Source: Candidatus Sulfomarinibacteraceae bacterium (GTDB lineage: Bacteria; Acidobacteriota; Thermoanaerobaculia; Thermoanaerobaculales; Sulfomarinibacteraceae). Taken from it: 64,000 nt of DNA. The notes beneath the pieces were generated by a model. That model saw only the letters and a list, made by a program, of their open reading frames with translations. It ran no database searches and was not told the DNA's origin. Below are positions 28,801-39,471 of the stretch, piece by piece; position 1 is the first letter of the stretch; each line of letters opens with the position of its first letter. The DNA lies in assembly GCA_041552055.1 (NCBI GenBank), contig JBFELO010000006.1, positions 6,613 through 70,612 on the forward strand. The letters run 5' to 3'. The translations under genes and the position numbers were made by a program.

Positions 28801-29189
28801 TTCTGGGCCGCGATCCGCTCCGCGATCTGGTCGTGGCACACCAGGCAGCGCTCACCGTCGACGTTGAGGTCGTCGTCGTGGCAGTTGTCACAGCTGTCGG
28901 GATCCTCGAGCCCCTCGTGGGCGCGACTCAGGTGCCCCGGCATGAAGTCGATTTCGTCGTCCTGCGCGCGGACCATCAGCGTGGGCATCGCCACCACGAC
29001 CGCGGCGAGAAGCCAGGGGGTGAACCGTCGCAAGGGGGGTCTGCCGAGTCGTCGGAGGTCGACGGCAGAGGTCGAGGGTGCTGCTGGATCGGCTCGATGT
29101 TCGTGATCGTCGAAGGGGGTTTCGAGTTGCCTTTTTGCCACGTCCTGCCCTCTTCCTTCAACCTTCTGCGGTCGTGCTGAATTGTACAT
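25863..29189 (-). CDS. Giant multihaem c-type cytochrome (41 CXXCH plus one CX4CH) built from repeated trihaem modules
   Basis: I counted 41 CXXCH motifs in the 1108-aa translation. A signal-like LRRFTPWLLAAVVVAMPTLMVRAQ is present. The repeat unit is DCVDCHxDDY...DPxHxxAGFPTxCxxCH...HATLDCxxCH. The exact start is uncertain. Confidence 0.9.
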   Translation of the reverse strand: MYNSARPQKVEGRGQDVAKRQLETPFDDHEHRADPAAPSTSAVDLRRLGRPPLRRFTPWLLAAVVVAMPTLMVRAQDDEIDFMPGHLSRAHEGLEDPDSCDNCHDDDLNVDGERCLVCHDQIAERIAAQKGVHREVTPADCAICHVEHQGRDADLRPLDTAGFDHAGETGFALEGYHGEFAGECSRCHTTRSFLTLSTECSHCHEDAHQGTLGGDCTQCHATDAHFKNASRAFHKSGLFPLEGRHLAVPCADCHWNQQIKGTPTRCYDCHWIRREDAPHRTQFGFECENCHQAISWTTVNWDHSYTGFDIGGQHQTVDCTGCHPGWRFDGSVSPDCYSCHSDDYQRADDPDHVAAGFPTQCDVCHRPNDASWNLATFDHPYRLLGQHATLDCAACHPNGVYLGTPRDCVGCHIDDYNDTDDPDHVAAGFPTNCRLCHDRSDSSWEDAEFDHEYQLVGVHATLDCSDCHAGGVYAGTPTDCVGCHQSDYDASRDPNHVAAGFPTDCETCHSQTDPNWHQATYPHTVWPLVASHSSQRCIACHTGDVYAGLPSDCVDCHIDDYNRADDPDHAAAGFPTTCETCHEPTSWEDADFDHAFRLTGVHATLDCDDCHSSGIYAGLPSDCVDCHIDDYNDADDPDHGAAGFPTDCENCHDPSDGGWEDGDGSGFDHAYALVGVHATLDCSACHSSGVYEGLPSDCVDCHRTDYDSSTNPNHPAAGFPTDCTRCHRASDPNWFQATYPHTVWPLVGSHTSQACNACHTGTVYAGLPSDCVDCHLDDYSATTDPDHASAGFPTTCETCHTPTTWGDADFTHPYTLVGVHATLDCSACHSSGVYAGLPSDCVDCHIDNYDATTNPNHSAAGFPTTCDSCHSNSDPDWFQATYPHTVWPLVGSHTAQSCNACHTGTVYDGLPSDCVDCHLEDYNATTDPNHPDAGFPTTCETCHTPTNWGDADFTHPYTLVGVHATLDCSACHSSGVYAGLPSDCVDCHLSDYEGATGPNHVAAGYPTDCTLCHRASDPTWNDGTFNHPYFPITGGPHASADCIDCHPNPSNFGVFNCLDAGCHPQSDMDDRHESEGEAYQYDSAFCYSCHPDGEPPPRISFRTRASHD

Positions 29190-29256
29190 ACGCTCAAGTG
29201 AAATGAGCGCTTCTCGAATCTCAATCGCAACTAAATCCTATTAGTCTTCAACCCCT

Positions 29257-30675
29257 GTGACTCGGATCACACTTGGTCGAGCGCGCCATCCGTTGTATCG
29301 TTCGCTTGGAGTTCCATCATGGACGGGAATCGTGTCTGAACGAAACAGGGTTATCGCCTTGATCTGCATCATGATGACCGGCACCATGCTGGTCGCCGGG
29401 ATGGCGTTGTGGGTGCTGTACCGAACGGCGTTCGATGAGGAGCGCGCGCGCCTGCTCGAGATGGCTCAGAGTCACGCCCGCGTGATCGAGGCGGTCGCCG
29501 ACTTCGACGCGAGACACTCGCGCGACTTCCCGGGCGGTCCCGGAGCGGCCACGCTCGAGCAGATCATCGACGCCCACGGCCGGTACCAGGGATTCGGCGA
29601 GACGGGTGAGTTCACGATCGCCCGGCGGTCCGTGGACCAGATGGATTTTCTGCTCCTGCACGGCGGCGCAGGACTTCAACTACCGTTTCAGATTCCGTTC
29701 GACTCGGAGCGGGCCGAGCCGATGCGGCGAGCGCTCCTGGGCCAGTCCGGAACCGTAGTCGGGCTCGATTACCGCGGTGCGGCCGTGCTCGCGGCATACG
29801 AACCGGTCGGTGAGCTGGACCTCGGCATCGTCGTCAAGATCGATCTCGCCGAGGTCCAGGCGCCGTTCAAGCGGGCGGGCCTGTTGGCCGGGGGGTTCAC
29901 TCTCCTCGTGGTCGTCGCCGGTGCGGCCCTGTTCGTTCGAATTACGGGACCGATCATCTCGCGGCTCGAGGAGCATTCGCAACGGCTCGAGCACACGGTC
30001 GATGCGCTGCAGGAGAGCGAAGCCGCGGTGCGGGCCTCCCTCGACGAAAAGGACGTGTTGCTGCGCGAGATCCATCACCGGGTGAAGAACAACATGCAGG
30101 TGGTGTCGAGCCTGCTGAAGCTGCAGGAGGGCCGGCTGATCGACGAGCGGCTCCGACGGGCGTTGCAGGGGAGCCAGAGTCGAGTCCGCGCCATGGGGCT
30201 CGTTCACGAGGTTCTGTACAAGTCGAGCGACCTGGGACAGATCGACCTGCAGCGATACATCACGGGGTTGGTGAGCAGCCTGGTGAAGATGTACGGCAGC
30301 CAGGAGGATCGCGTCAGTCTCTCGGTCAACGCGGACGGCCTGCGTCTCGGCATCGACGAGGCCGTGCCGTGTGCGCTGGTGATCAACGAGCTGATCTCGA
30401 ACTCACTCAAGTACGCGTTCCCGGCTGGAGCGGAGGGCGAGATTCGGATCGAGGCCGCACAGATCGGAGACGACGAGGTGGAGCTGACCGTGAGCGACAA
30501 CGGCGTCGGCATCCCCCCTGATGTGACCTTCGACAGCGCAACCACGATGGGTATGCGACTGGTCAAGGGGCTCGTCGAGAACCAGCTCGGCGGGCTGGTG
30601 CGAGTCGACCGCGACAACGGGACCCGTTTCTCGATCGTATTCGAGCGGAGTCCGGTCCGCCCCGAGGCGACGTAG
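29257..30675 (+). CDS. Membrane sensor histidine kinase (HisKA_2 type)
   Basis: Two TM helices flank an extracytoplasmic domain. H-box EIHHRVKNNMQVVSSLLKLQ, and HATPase text LVINELISNSLKYAF. The start is uncertain. Confidence 0.8.
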   Translation: MTRITLGRARHPLYRSLGVPSWTGIVSERNRVIALICIMMTGTMLVAGMALWVLYRTAFDEERARLLEMAQSHARVIEAVADFDARHSRDFPGGPGAATLEQIIDAHGRYQGFGETGEFTIARRSVDQMDFLLLHGGAGLQLPFQIPFDSERAEPMRRALLGQSGTVVGLDYRGAAVLAAYEPVGELDLGIVVKIDLAEVQAPFKRAGLLAGGFTLLVVVAGAALFVRITGPIISRLEEHSQRLEHTVDALQESEAAVRASLDEKDVLLREIHHRVKNNMQVVSSLLKLQEGRLIDERLRRALQGSQSRVRAMGLVHEVLYKSSDLGQIDLQRYITGLVSSLVKMYGSQEDRVSLSVNADGLRLGIDEAVPCALVINELISNSLKYAFPAGAEGEIRIEAAQIGDDEVELTVSDNGVGIPPDVTFDSATTMGMRLVKGLVENQLGGLVRVDRDNGTRFSIVFERSPVRPEAT

Positions 30676-31080
30676 GTGAACGGCCGCCGCATCCTCGTCG
30701 TCGAGGACGAATTCATCGTCGCGTTCGAGATCCAACAGACGCTCGAGGACAGGGGGTTCGCGGTGTGCGACGTGGTCGCCTCGGGTGAGGAGGCGGTGGC
30801 CGCGGCCGAGCGGGAGCGACCCGACTGCGTCCTGATGGACATCAACATCAGGGGGGCCATGGGTGGTGTCGAGGCCGCACGTCGCATCAGTGCGCAGTTC
30901 GGAGTTCCGGTTGCGTTCTTGACCGGTTTCCCCTCCGGGCAGGTGAAAGAGCAGGCGCGGGACCTGATACCGATTGCGTACTTCACCAAACCGTTGAATC
31001 TCGACGAGATCTGCGCGGTGCTGGAACGAACGCTCGGCCCGGGGGGCGTAGACTCCGATTCGGATGGCGAGGCGCCGTGA
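30676..31080 (+). CDS. Single-domain CheY-like response regulator
   Basis: RILVVEDEFIVA...PDCVLMDINI...FLTGF. The GTG follows directly after the kinase stop. Confidence 0.85.
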   Translation: MNGRRILVVEDEFIVAFEIQQTLEDRGFAVCDVVASGEEAVAAAERERPDCVLMDINIRGAMGGVEAARRISAQFGVPVAFLTGFPSGQVKEQARDLIPIAYFTKPLNLDEICAVLERTLGPGGVDSDSDGEAP

Positions 31081-31137
31081 GGGGCTCGTGGGTGGAGACC
31101 GCTCATTTTCGCTCTGCCGTCGGACTGCGAGGGTCAA

Positions 31138-32769
31138 ATGACCGACGATGTCGAGAGTAGAAGATCGCGTGCCGATCCACAGGAGGCTAACGTCGACGGT
31201 GTGGAGGCACGCCCGACCGAGTCGGAATGGGAGCTCGCGATCCACAACCGAATCGCGGATTCCTTCCTGACGACCCCGGGCGACGAGATGTTTGCGACGG
31301 TGCTCGACATCGTCCTGGAGGCGCTCGACAGCCGGCATGGGATCTTCGGCTACCTCAACTCCGACGGCGATCTCGTTGTGCCGTCCTTGATGCGAGAGAT
31401 CTTCGACGAGTGTCGGGTCGCCGACAAGAGCATCGTCTTCCCCCGGTCCTCGTGGGGCGGCATCTGGGGTGAGGCCCTTCAACACGGGCGGTCGGTGCTG
31501 TCGAACTCTGCGGGGACTTTTCCCGCAGGGCATATTCCTATCGATCGCGCGCTCTTTGCCCCGGTCATCGACGGACGGAAGGTGATCGGCCTGGTGGGCG
31601 TTGCGAGCCGCTCTGAGGATTACTCCGAGCATGATCGGGTCGTGATCGAGACGATCGCGCGCCACGCGGGTCCGATCCTCAACGCGAGACTCGAGCGTGA
31701 CGCCATCGAGACCTCGCGAGCGCGGGTCCAGTCCGAGCTGAGCGACAGCGAGCGTCGGTATCGGGCGGTGGTCGATCAACAGACCGAGCTGGTCTTGCGG
31801 TTCATGGAAGACGGAACCATCACCTTCGTCAACGATGCGTTGTGCAGGTACGCCGGGATGACCCGGGAGGAGGTCGTAGGCGAGAGATTTCATCGCTTCG
31901 TGTCCGACGAGGTGGCCGAACAGACCGAGCGGCATCTCTCGACGCTGAATCGTGACGCTCCGGTCGGCGAGAACGAGATCGAGTGGCGGGCTCCTGACGG
32001 CAGCACCCGGTGTCTCGACTGGATCAATCATGCTCTGTACGACGACGACGGCCGCCTGATCGAATATCAGGCGGTTGGCCGTGACATCACCGCCCGGCGG
32101 CGCGCCGAGCAGAAGTTGAAGGAGGCACTCGCCCAGAAGGAAATCCTGCTGCGCGAGGTCCACCACCGGGTGAAGAACAACATGGCCGTGATCTCGAGCC
32201 TGCTCAACCTGCAGGCCGAGGGCGTGACCGATCCCGCGGCGATCGCGGTGCTGCGGTCGATGGGAGACAGGATCCGCACGATGGCACTGGTCCACGATCA
32301 GCTCTACCGGACAGGAGATTTCGTCAACGTCGATCTCGGAGGGTACATCGCGAGCGTGACCGACGCGATGTTCCAGGCGCACAGCAGACGCGCGGACCAG
32401 GTGACGATCCGGACCGAGGTCGCCGACGTCACGCTGGAGATCGACAAGGCGATTCCGTGCGGCCTGATCCTGAGCGAGCTCATCAGCAACTCCCTCAAGC
32501 ACGCCTTCCCGGGTGACCGGCGTGGAGAGATCCTGGTCGTGCTCGATGAGACGCCCGATGGAGCGCTCGAGCTCATGGTGAAGGATGACGGTGTGGGCTC
32601 TCCGACGGATGAGGTGTTCCGGGCGAGTTCGGGCTTCGGGCTCGAAATGGTCGTGCTGCTCGTCAAGCAGCTGGGCGGAGCGATCGAGCTCAGCTGCCGC
32701 GAGGGCATGGAAGCCATCGTGCGTTTCCCCGGACTCGCCGACGCGCCGGAACGACAGCAGGAAACCTGA
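31138..32769 (+). CDS. Cytoplasmic GAF-PAS sensor histidine kinase (HisKA_2 type)
   Basis: No TM helices. PAS text YRAVVDQQTELVLRF...ITFVNDALCRYAGMTREE, and H-box EVHHRVKNNMAVISSLLNLQ. Confidence 0.8.
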   Translation: MTDDVESRRSRADPQEANVDGVEARPTESEWELAIHNRIADSFLTTPGDEMFATVLDIVLEALDSRHGIFGYLNSDGDLVVPSLMREIFDECRVADKSIVFPRSSWGGIWGEALQHGRSVLSNSAGTFPAGHIPIDRALFAPVIDGRKVIGLVGVASRSEDYSEHDRVVIETIARHAGPILNARLERDAIETSRARVQSELSDSERRYRAVVDQQTELVLRFMEDGTITFVNDALCRYAGMTREEVVGERFHRFVSDEVAEQTERHLSTLNRDAPVGENEIEWRAPDGSTRCLDWINHALYDDDGRLIEYQAVGRDITARRRAEQKLKEALAQKEILLREVHHRVKNNMAVISSLLNLQAEGVTDPAAIAVLRSMGDRIRTMALVHDQLYRTGDFVNVDLGGYIASVTDAMFQAHSRRADQVTIRTEVADVTLEIDKAIPCGLILSELISNSLKHAFPGDRRGEILVVLDETPDGALELMVKDDGVGSPTDEVFRASSGFGLEMVVLLVKQLGGAIELSCREGMEAIVRFPGLADAPERQQET

Positions 32770-32966
32770 ATCGGGTCATCCGGGTGTCGCTCGATAGTGC
32801 ACAGGCGGGGTTGGACGCGCCGACCTCGGGTACCACGTGTCCGAATTCTGCGAAATCAGGATCGAATGTGCATGAGTGAGCTTCGTGGAACCGGGCTGGC
32901 AAGCCCGTGCCGACGCGACACGACGTGCGTCGGAGTTGTGCAACTGGATCGACTCCTGATAGTATA

Positions 32967-34820
<1,854 letters not shown>

Positions 34821-35132
34821 CGTGCGCCGTAGGGTGCGCCTCGGCGCACCGCCGTCGATGGGCATGGGGGCTTGGTCGGCGCCTACGGCGCGTGGGCGTG
34901 AGGGCTTGCCCGAACTGCTCCGTTCATTCCCCCAGGCCCTCATGCCCTCAGGCCCTTCCGGGCGGGCGGGGGATCCGGCTTCGCGCTTCGCCTTGAAAAG
35001 CCTTCAACCTTGAGCCGTGGACCCGGGTGCGTGGGCGGGCGAGCGACTCGCGACCAGCCACCAGCGACGGCCGTGTGGGTGGGCGGATCGGGCACGGACG
35101 CGGACTCGGACGCGGGCGGGCGGGGAAGCCTC

Positions 35133-35160
35133 TAGCGTATAGCTTATAGCCTATAGCTGC
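35133..35160. repeat. Heptamer tandem array (TAGCNTA)x4
   Basis: Read directly from the sequence. Intergenic. Confidence 0.85.
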
Positions 35161-35191
35161 TTCCCCCACGCCCGCACGGCCTCACGCCCTT

Positions 35192-37486
35192 CTACAACCT
35201 CCACCCCAGCGTCACCGCGTAGCTCCGCCCCGGCTCGTTGATCGTGTTCCCGGACCGAAACGGGTTCCGCAGATAGGAGAAGTGCTCGCGGTATGTGCGG
35301 TCGAACACGTTCTCCAGGATGAGCTGGACGCGCCAGCGACCGAAGGTGATGCCGCCCTTCAGATTCAGGATCGCCCACCCCGGTGTGGCGACCTCGTCGA
35401 GGTCGGTGTCGATCTCGTCCTGATCCGCCGCTGCGAGCCATTCGGCCTCGGCGAACAGACGCGGGTTCTGCCACCGCAGGGCGAGGCGCGCCGTGAGCGG
35501 CGGCATCTCCGCGAGGTTCCCGGATGTCAAGTTCCGATCCGGATCCGTGTCCTTGGTGCCGCGGACGTACGACAGATTGCCGGACAGGTAGAACCTCGAG
35601 CTGACGGCGGCTGTGCCATCCAGCGAGACGCCCCGGAGGAGCGCGTCGACGTTGGTGTAGGTCTGCGCGCTCGGGTTCATCACTCCAGGCACCATGTTGA
35701 TCCGCTCCTGGCCGTACAGTGTGATGAAGCCGTCCACACGGTCGGCCCACATGCGGGCGGTCAGCAAACCGCTTCCGGCGCTCCACGTCAGCCCGACCTC
35801 GGCGCCGGTCGTGACCGGAGGATCGAGGACGGGGTTCCCGACCCACTCGACCCCCATCCTCTCGAGACCGAAGTACCGCTCGCGAGAATCCGGCGCACGG
35901 CTGGTGCGCGCAACACCGGCCGTCAGGTCGAGCCCCCTGCCGATGCGCTGGACCAGGAGCAGCGAGAACGACGGTTCGACGTCCTCTCGCGAGGTGTCCC
36001 GGACCCCGTGGTAGGCGAAGTACAGGTCGGTGTTGGCCTTGCCCTCGTCGGCCCTGGTCGACACGCGGTCGATCCTCCCGCCGGCCTCGAGCTGGGTGCT
36101 CGCCGAGAACTCGTGTCGCCAGCGGGCGGACAGGCCCAGAGCTTCGAGGTTCACGTCCGGGATCGAGAACTGGCGCATGTAGCTCATCATGCCGAGTTCG
36201 GTCCACGCGTCCCAGTTGCGCTGGTAGGCCTCGACGCCGACGGTGACCTCGCCGAGCACGACGTCGACCGACCCGCCGATGACCTCGGTGGAGGCGTTGG
36301 TGCCCATGCCCCAGCCGCGCGGCGCCGTGGCGCCGGTGGTGCGGTAGGTGTCTGTCATCCAGTGATCGACCCGCGTGCCGTAGGCGGTGGCGCGGATCTC
36401 GCGCAGGGTTCCGTCGCCGGATTTGGCGTAGCGGTATCCAAGAACGAGCCGGTCGGTGTTGTCGTACTCCGCGTCCATCTTCAGGGCCGAGTACAGGACG
36501 TCGTCCGACCGCTGGCCGGCGTACGACAGGTTGAGCTCGTGCACGTCGGCGGGCCGGAAGTACATCCGTGCCCAGCCGCTGTCGATGTTGTAGGCATCGA
36601 CACCCCCGACGGCGTCGGTGTAGTTGGCGGTCTCCGTGAACTTCTCGCCCGAGCCGTCGGCGAACGGCTCGCCGGAGCGATGGGACAGGCCGCCCAGGAC
36701 CGCCCATCGGTCGGTGCCGTAGCTGACGGTCGCAGACGGGTTGATCATGCCCCAGCTCCCGGTCGCCATCGAGACGTCGGCGGCCAAGCCCGCACCGGGC
36801 TTCTTGGTGACCACGTTGACCATGCCGCCCATGCTGCCCTGGGCCTCCATTCGTCCGGTCGTGGGAGCCACCTCGATGCGGTCGACCTCAGCGAAATCGA
36901 GGTGGAATGCGGGTGGGTCCATCCGGTTGGGACACGCTCCTGCGACCCGGGCGCCGTCGATCAGCACGGTGATGTCGTCCTGACGAAAGCCTCGAATCGA
37001 CACGTCATTGGCGATGCCGCCCTTGCGGACCTTCCACACGCCACCCATCCTGGACAGCGCCTCGCCGACGTCGCGCGCCGCGCTCTCGCGGAGCTCGGTC
37101 GCCTCCATCGTGGTGTGGGGCATCGGGGCGTCGACCTGCATGGTGTCGCGAAAGGTCGCGACCGAGAGCGCCAGGCGAATCCTGGTGGTCTCGCCCTCGC
37201 GGACGGCGACCTCGAGCGAGGCCGGGTGGAAACCGTGCAGGCTGCCGTTCACGGTGTAGCTCCCGGAATCGAGACCCGACATGCGAAACGCGCCGCCCTC
37301 GCCCGTGATGATCGTGCGGTCGGCGCCGCCCTCCTCACCCTGAACCGTCACGGTGACTCCCGGAAGGCCGGTGTCTCCGGGGCCCGTCACGGTTCCCGCC
37401 AGGCCGCTGGTGGCGGCCAGGGCAGGCACCGTCAGCGACGACAGCGCGAGGGCGATCGAGATCTTGCTCAACATTGAAATACTCAT
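35192..37486 (-). CDS. TonB-dependent receptor with an OprC/NosA-like copper-site signature
   Basis: Signal peptide, a CarboxypepD_reg-like N-domain and a plug. The plug contains GACPNRMDPP (CxxxM). VDHWMTD (HxM) lies 190 residues downstream. Confidence 0.85.
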   Translation of the reverse strand: MSISMLSKISIALALSSLTVPALAATSGLAGTVTGPGDTGLPGVTVTVQGEEGGADRTIITGEGGAFRMSGLDSGSYTVNGSLHGFHPASLEVAVREGETTRIRLALSVATFRDTMQVDAPMPHTTMEATELRESAARDVGEALSRMGGVWKVRKGGIANDVSIRGFRQDDITVLIDGARVAGACPNRMDPPAFHLDFAEVDRIEVAPTTGRMEAQGSMGGMVNVVTKKPGAGLAADVSMATGSWGMINPSATVSYGTDRWAVLGGLSHRSGEPFADGSGEKFTETANYTDAVGGVDAYNIDSGWARMYFRPADVHELNLSYAGQRSDDVLYSALKMDAEYDNTDRLVLGYRYAKSGDGTLREIRATAYGTRVDHWMTDTYRTTGATAPRGWGMGTNASTEVIGGSVDVVLGEVTVGVEAYQRNWDAWTELGMMSYMRQFSIPDVNLEALGLSARWRHEFSASTQLEAGGRIDRVSTRADEGKANTDLYFAYHGVRDTSREDVEPSFSLLLVQRIGRGLDLTAGVARTSRAPDSRERYFGLERMGVEWVGNPVLDPPVTTGAEVGLTWSAGSGLLTARMWADRVDGFITLYGQERINMVPGVMNPSAQTYTNVDALLRGVSLDGTAAVSSRFYLSGNLSYVRGTKDTDPDRNLTSGNLAEMPPLTARLALRWQNPRLFAEAEWLAAADQDEIDTDLDEVATPGWAILNLKGGITFGRWRVQLILENVFDRTYREHFSYLRNPFRSGNTINEPGRSYAVTLGWRL

Positions 37487-37488
37487 GG

Positions 37489-37794
37489 TCAGGCTCTCCG
37501 CCCGAGGTCCGTAAATCCTGTCGGTAATTCGATCTGGCTGCAGCGACCCCGAGATTTCCGGGTTGTCACGCCGAAGGGGCGTTCAGCCCCCGGCTGATGG
37601 TGGTCGGTCGGGCGTGGTCGGGCCGTCCGGCCCCTGGTGATCATTCCGACCAGCAAGGCCGAGACGGCTGCGCCTCCCGCGCCCACGCAGGCGAAACAGG
37701 ACGAGCACGCGCCGCCCGCGCACACGAAGGACGGCAGGTAGGCCGACAGGCCGGCCGACACGCCGACCGCGGCGGCGACATATGTGGCCCGCAT
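37489..37794 (-). CDS. Small membrane protein with a C-x4-C-x2-C-x2-C cluster between two hydrophobic segments
   Basis: ATG 37794 lies 8 nt after a strong AGGAGGTGA. Sequence: YVAAAVGVSAGLSAYLPSFVCAGGACSSCFACVGAGGAAVSALLVGMI. It is tightly packed between neighbours, with 2-3 nt gaps. Confidence 0.55.
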   Translation of the reverse strand: MRATYVAAAVGVSAGLSAYLPSFVCAGGACSSCFACVGAGGAAVSALLVGMITRGRTARPRPTDHHQPGAERPFGVTTRKSRGRCSQIELPTGFTDLGRRA

Positions 37795-37797
37795 AGC

Positions 37798-38808
37798 TCA
37801 CTCACCTCCTGCCGCGGCGCGCCTATGCACCCCATCCAGCGGCGCTTTGGTGCCGCAGGGTGCTTGACGTACCGCGGCGAACGCCGCCGCGCCCTTCGGA
37901 ATCGAAAATCCCGCTGACAGCGGCAATTCGCCGTCCTCATTCCGAAACCCGGTGAGATGCCCGGGCTCGCTCGCAGGCCTGCCGTAGTAGATGGCCTCGG
38001 TCGGACAGCTCTCCTGGCACAGCCGGCACGGTATGCACGACAGCTGGTTAATGGTGGGCGAGCCCTTGGTCTCGATCGCCCACGTCGGGCAGACGCGGGC
38101 GCACTCGCCGCAGTTGGTGCAACTGCTATGGTCGATGTGCATCCTGCGACCGAAACGCACTCCAATCCGGTTGGAGAGCGCATCGAGGGCACCAATCGGG
38201 CACAGCATGTTGCAGTAGGCGCGGCCGCCCTTGGCGAAGATGCCGAGAAACAGCAGCAGCCCGAGGTTGACGACTCCCTGGAACCTCAGGAGGTACGCCA
38301 GATCACCCTGGTTGAACGCGGCCCCGAACAGCCGCGGGACGGCGGCGAAGTTGCAGTAGTTGCAGCACAGGCTGCCGATCCCGATCGCCGGGGCGATCAT
38401 GAAGACCGACAGGTAGGCGTAGCGGAACGAGGGCGCCGGTGTGTTGGAGAAGTCGAGCTTCAACGAGGAGGGTACGATCGTGCTGCCGAGCTCGAGCGGG
38501 GCGGCCACCGGGCACAGGTGGCTGCACCAGTGCCTTCCGAGCGCGAAGGTTGTCGCGAGGATGCCGACGACCAGCGCCACGCCCATGTAGCTGCGGACGA
38601 AACCCGTCAGGAACGCCGTCGCGCTGGTGCCCTCCCGCCACACGAAGAACATGCGTGGACACCACCGCCCGCAGAAGTTCACGTCCGCTGTGAGCTGGAC
38701 GACCGCTGCCAGCGGCGGTAGGAACAGGATGATCGAGGCCAGAAGGATCACGGTCCGGTATCGGGCCCAGAACGATGTGGCGCGGGGTGTGTCGTGATCA
38801 GCCTTCAT
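37798..38808 (-). CDS. NapH/NosH/MauN-type membrane polyferredoxin
   Basis: Three CxxxCP motifs (CGRWCP, CSHLCP, CNMLCP) and two 4Fe-4S motifs (CTNCGECARVCP, CIPCRLCQESCP). ATG 38808 follows GGAGGGGAGGG. Confidence 0.8.
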   Translation of the reverse strand: MKADHDTPRATSFWARYRTVILLASIILFLPPLAAVVQLTADVNFCGRWCPRMFFVWREGTSATAFLTGFVRSYMGVALVVGILATTFALGRHWCSHLCPVAAPLELGSTIVPSSLKLDFSNTPAPSFRYAYLSVFMIAPAIGIGSLCCNYCNFAAVPRLFGAAFNQGDLAYLLRFQGVVNLGLLLFLGIFAKGGRAYCNMLCPIGALDALSNRIGVRFGRRMHIDHSSCTNCGECARVCPTWAIETKGSPTINQLSCIPCRLCQESCPTEAIYYGRPASEPGHLTGFRNEDGELPLSAGFSIPKGAAAFAAVRQAPCGTKAPLDGVHRRAAAGGE

Positions 38809-39412
38809 GGTGGTGACCCTCCCCTCCACCGAAGATCACCGGGATCTCGAGCACCGGTTTGTCGGTGGCCGTGTCGTGGAAGGTGACCGCGTACCTCCCG
38901 GCGGGGCGTGGCCCGGCGTGGAAGCGATCCGGGTCTCGGGAAAACTGGTCGAGACAGGACTGCGAGCAGAGCCACACGGTCCGTCCGTGATGCGCGAATC
39001 CGATGAAGTCGTCCTGCTTCCCCATCCCGCACACCGGATCGACCTCGGCCGGCCGCATCACCACCCACAGCGTGAAGCGGTCCCTGGGTTGGAGACCGAT
39101 CAATGTGTGGTCTTCGAAGCGGGGACGCCTTCGCAGACCGAGGTCGATGACGGGATCGGAACCGTACACGTCGTAGGAGAGCGCCGGCCCTCCCTCCACG
39201 GCCACACGAGTGTCGCCGCGGTAGGGGGGCAGGATCGTGCCGGTCACCACCAGGGTGTAGCGGTCCTTGCCGCTCGGCAGGTGCACCGGATGATGGGCCT
39301 TGCCTCCCTTGACGGAGACCATGCCCATTGCGTGAGCCGAGTCTCCGGGCCGGTACCAGGCGGCCGCGACCGAGAGGACGACAGCGAACGAGAACACCGC
39401 GAGACGTTTCAT
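38798..39412 (-). CDS. Exported YHS/TRASH-domain protein with a His-rich C-terminus
   Basis: Signal peptide MKRLAVFSFAVVLSVAAA. YHS-like DPVCGMGKQ...WLCSQSCLDQFSRDP. Tail GGGEGHHHEG. Confidence 0.7.
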   Translation of the reverse strand: MKRLAVFSFAVVLSVAAAWYRPGDSAHAMGMVSVKGGKAHHPVHLPSGKDRYTLVVTGTILPPYRGDTRVAVEGGPALSYDVYGSDPVIDLGLRRRPRFEDHTLIGLQPRDRFTLWVVMRPAEVDPVCGMGKQDDFIGFAHHGRTVWLCSQSCLDQFSRDPDRFHAGPRPAGRYAVTFHDTATDKPVLEIPVIFGGGEGHHHEG

Positions 39413-39471
39413 GGGGTCACCCCCTGTCTGATCGGTTGAACGAGGCGCTTCATGTGGTCCTCCGGATCCGG

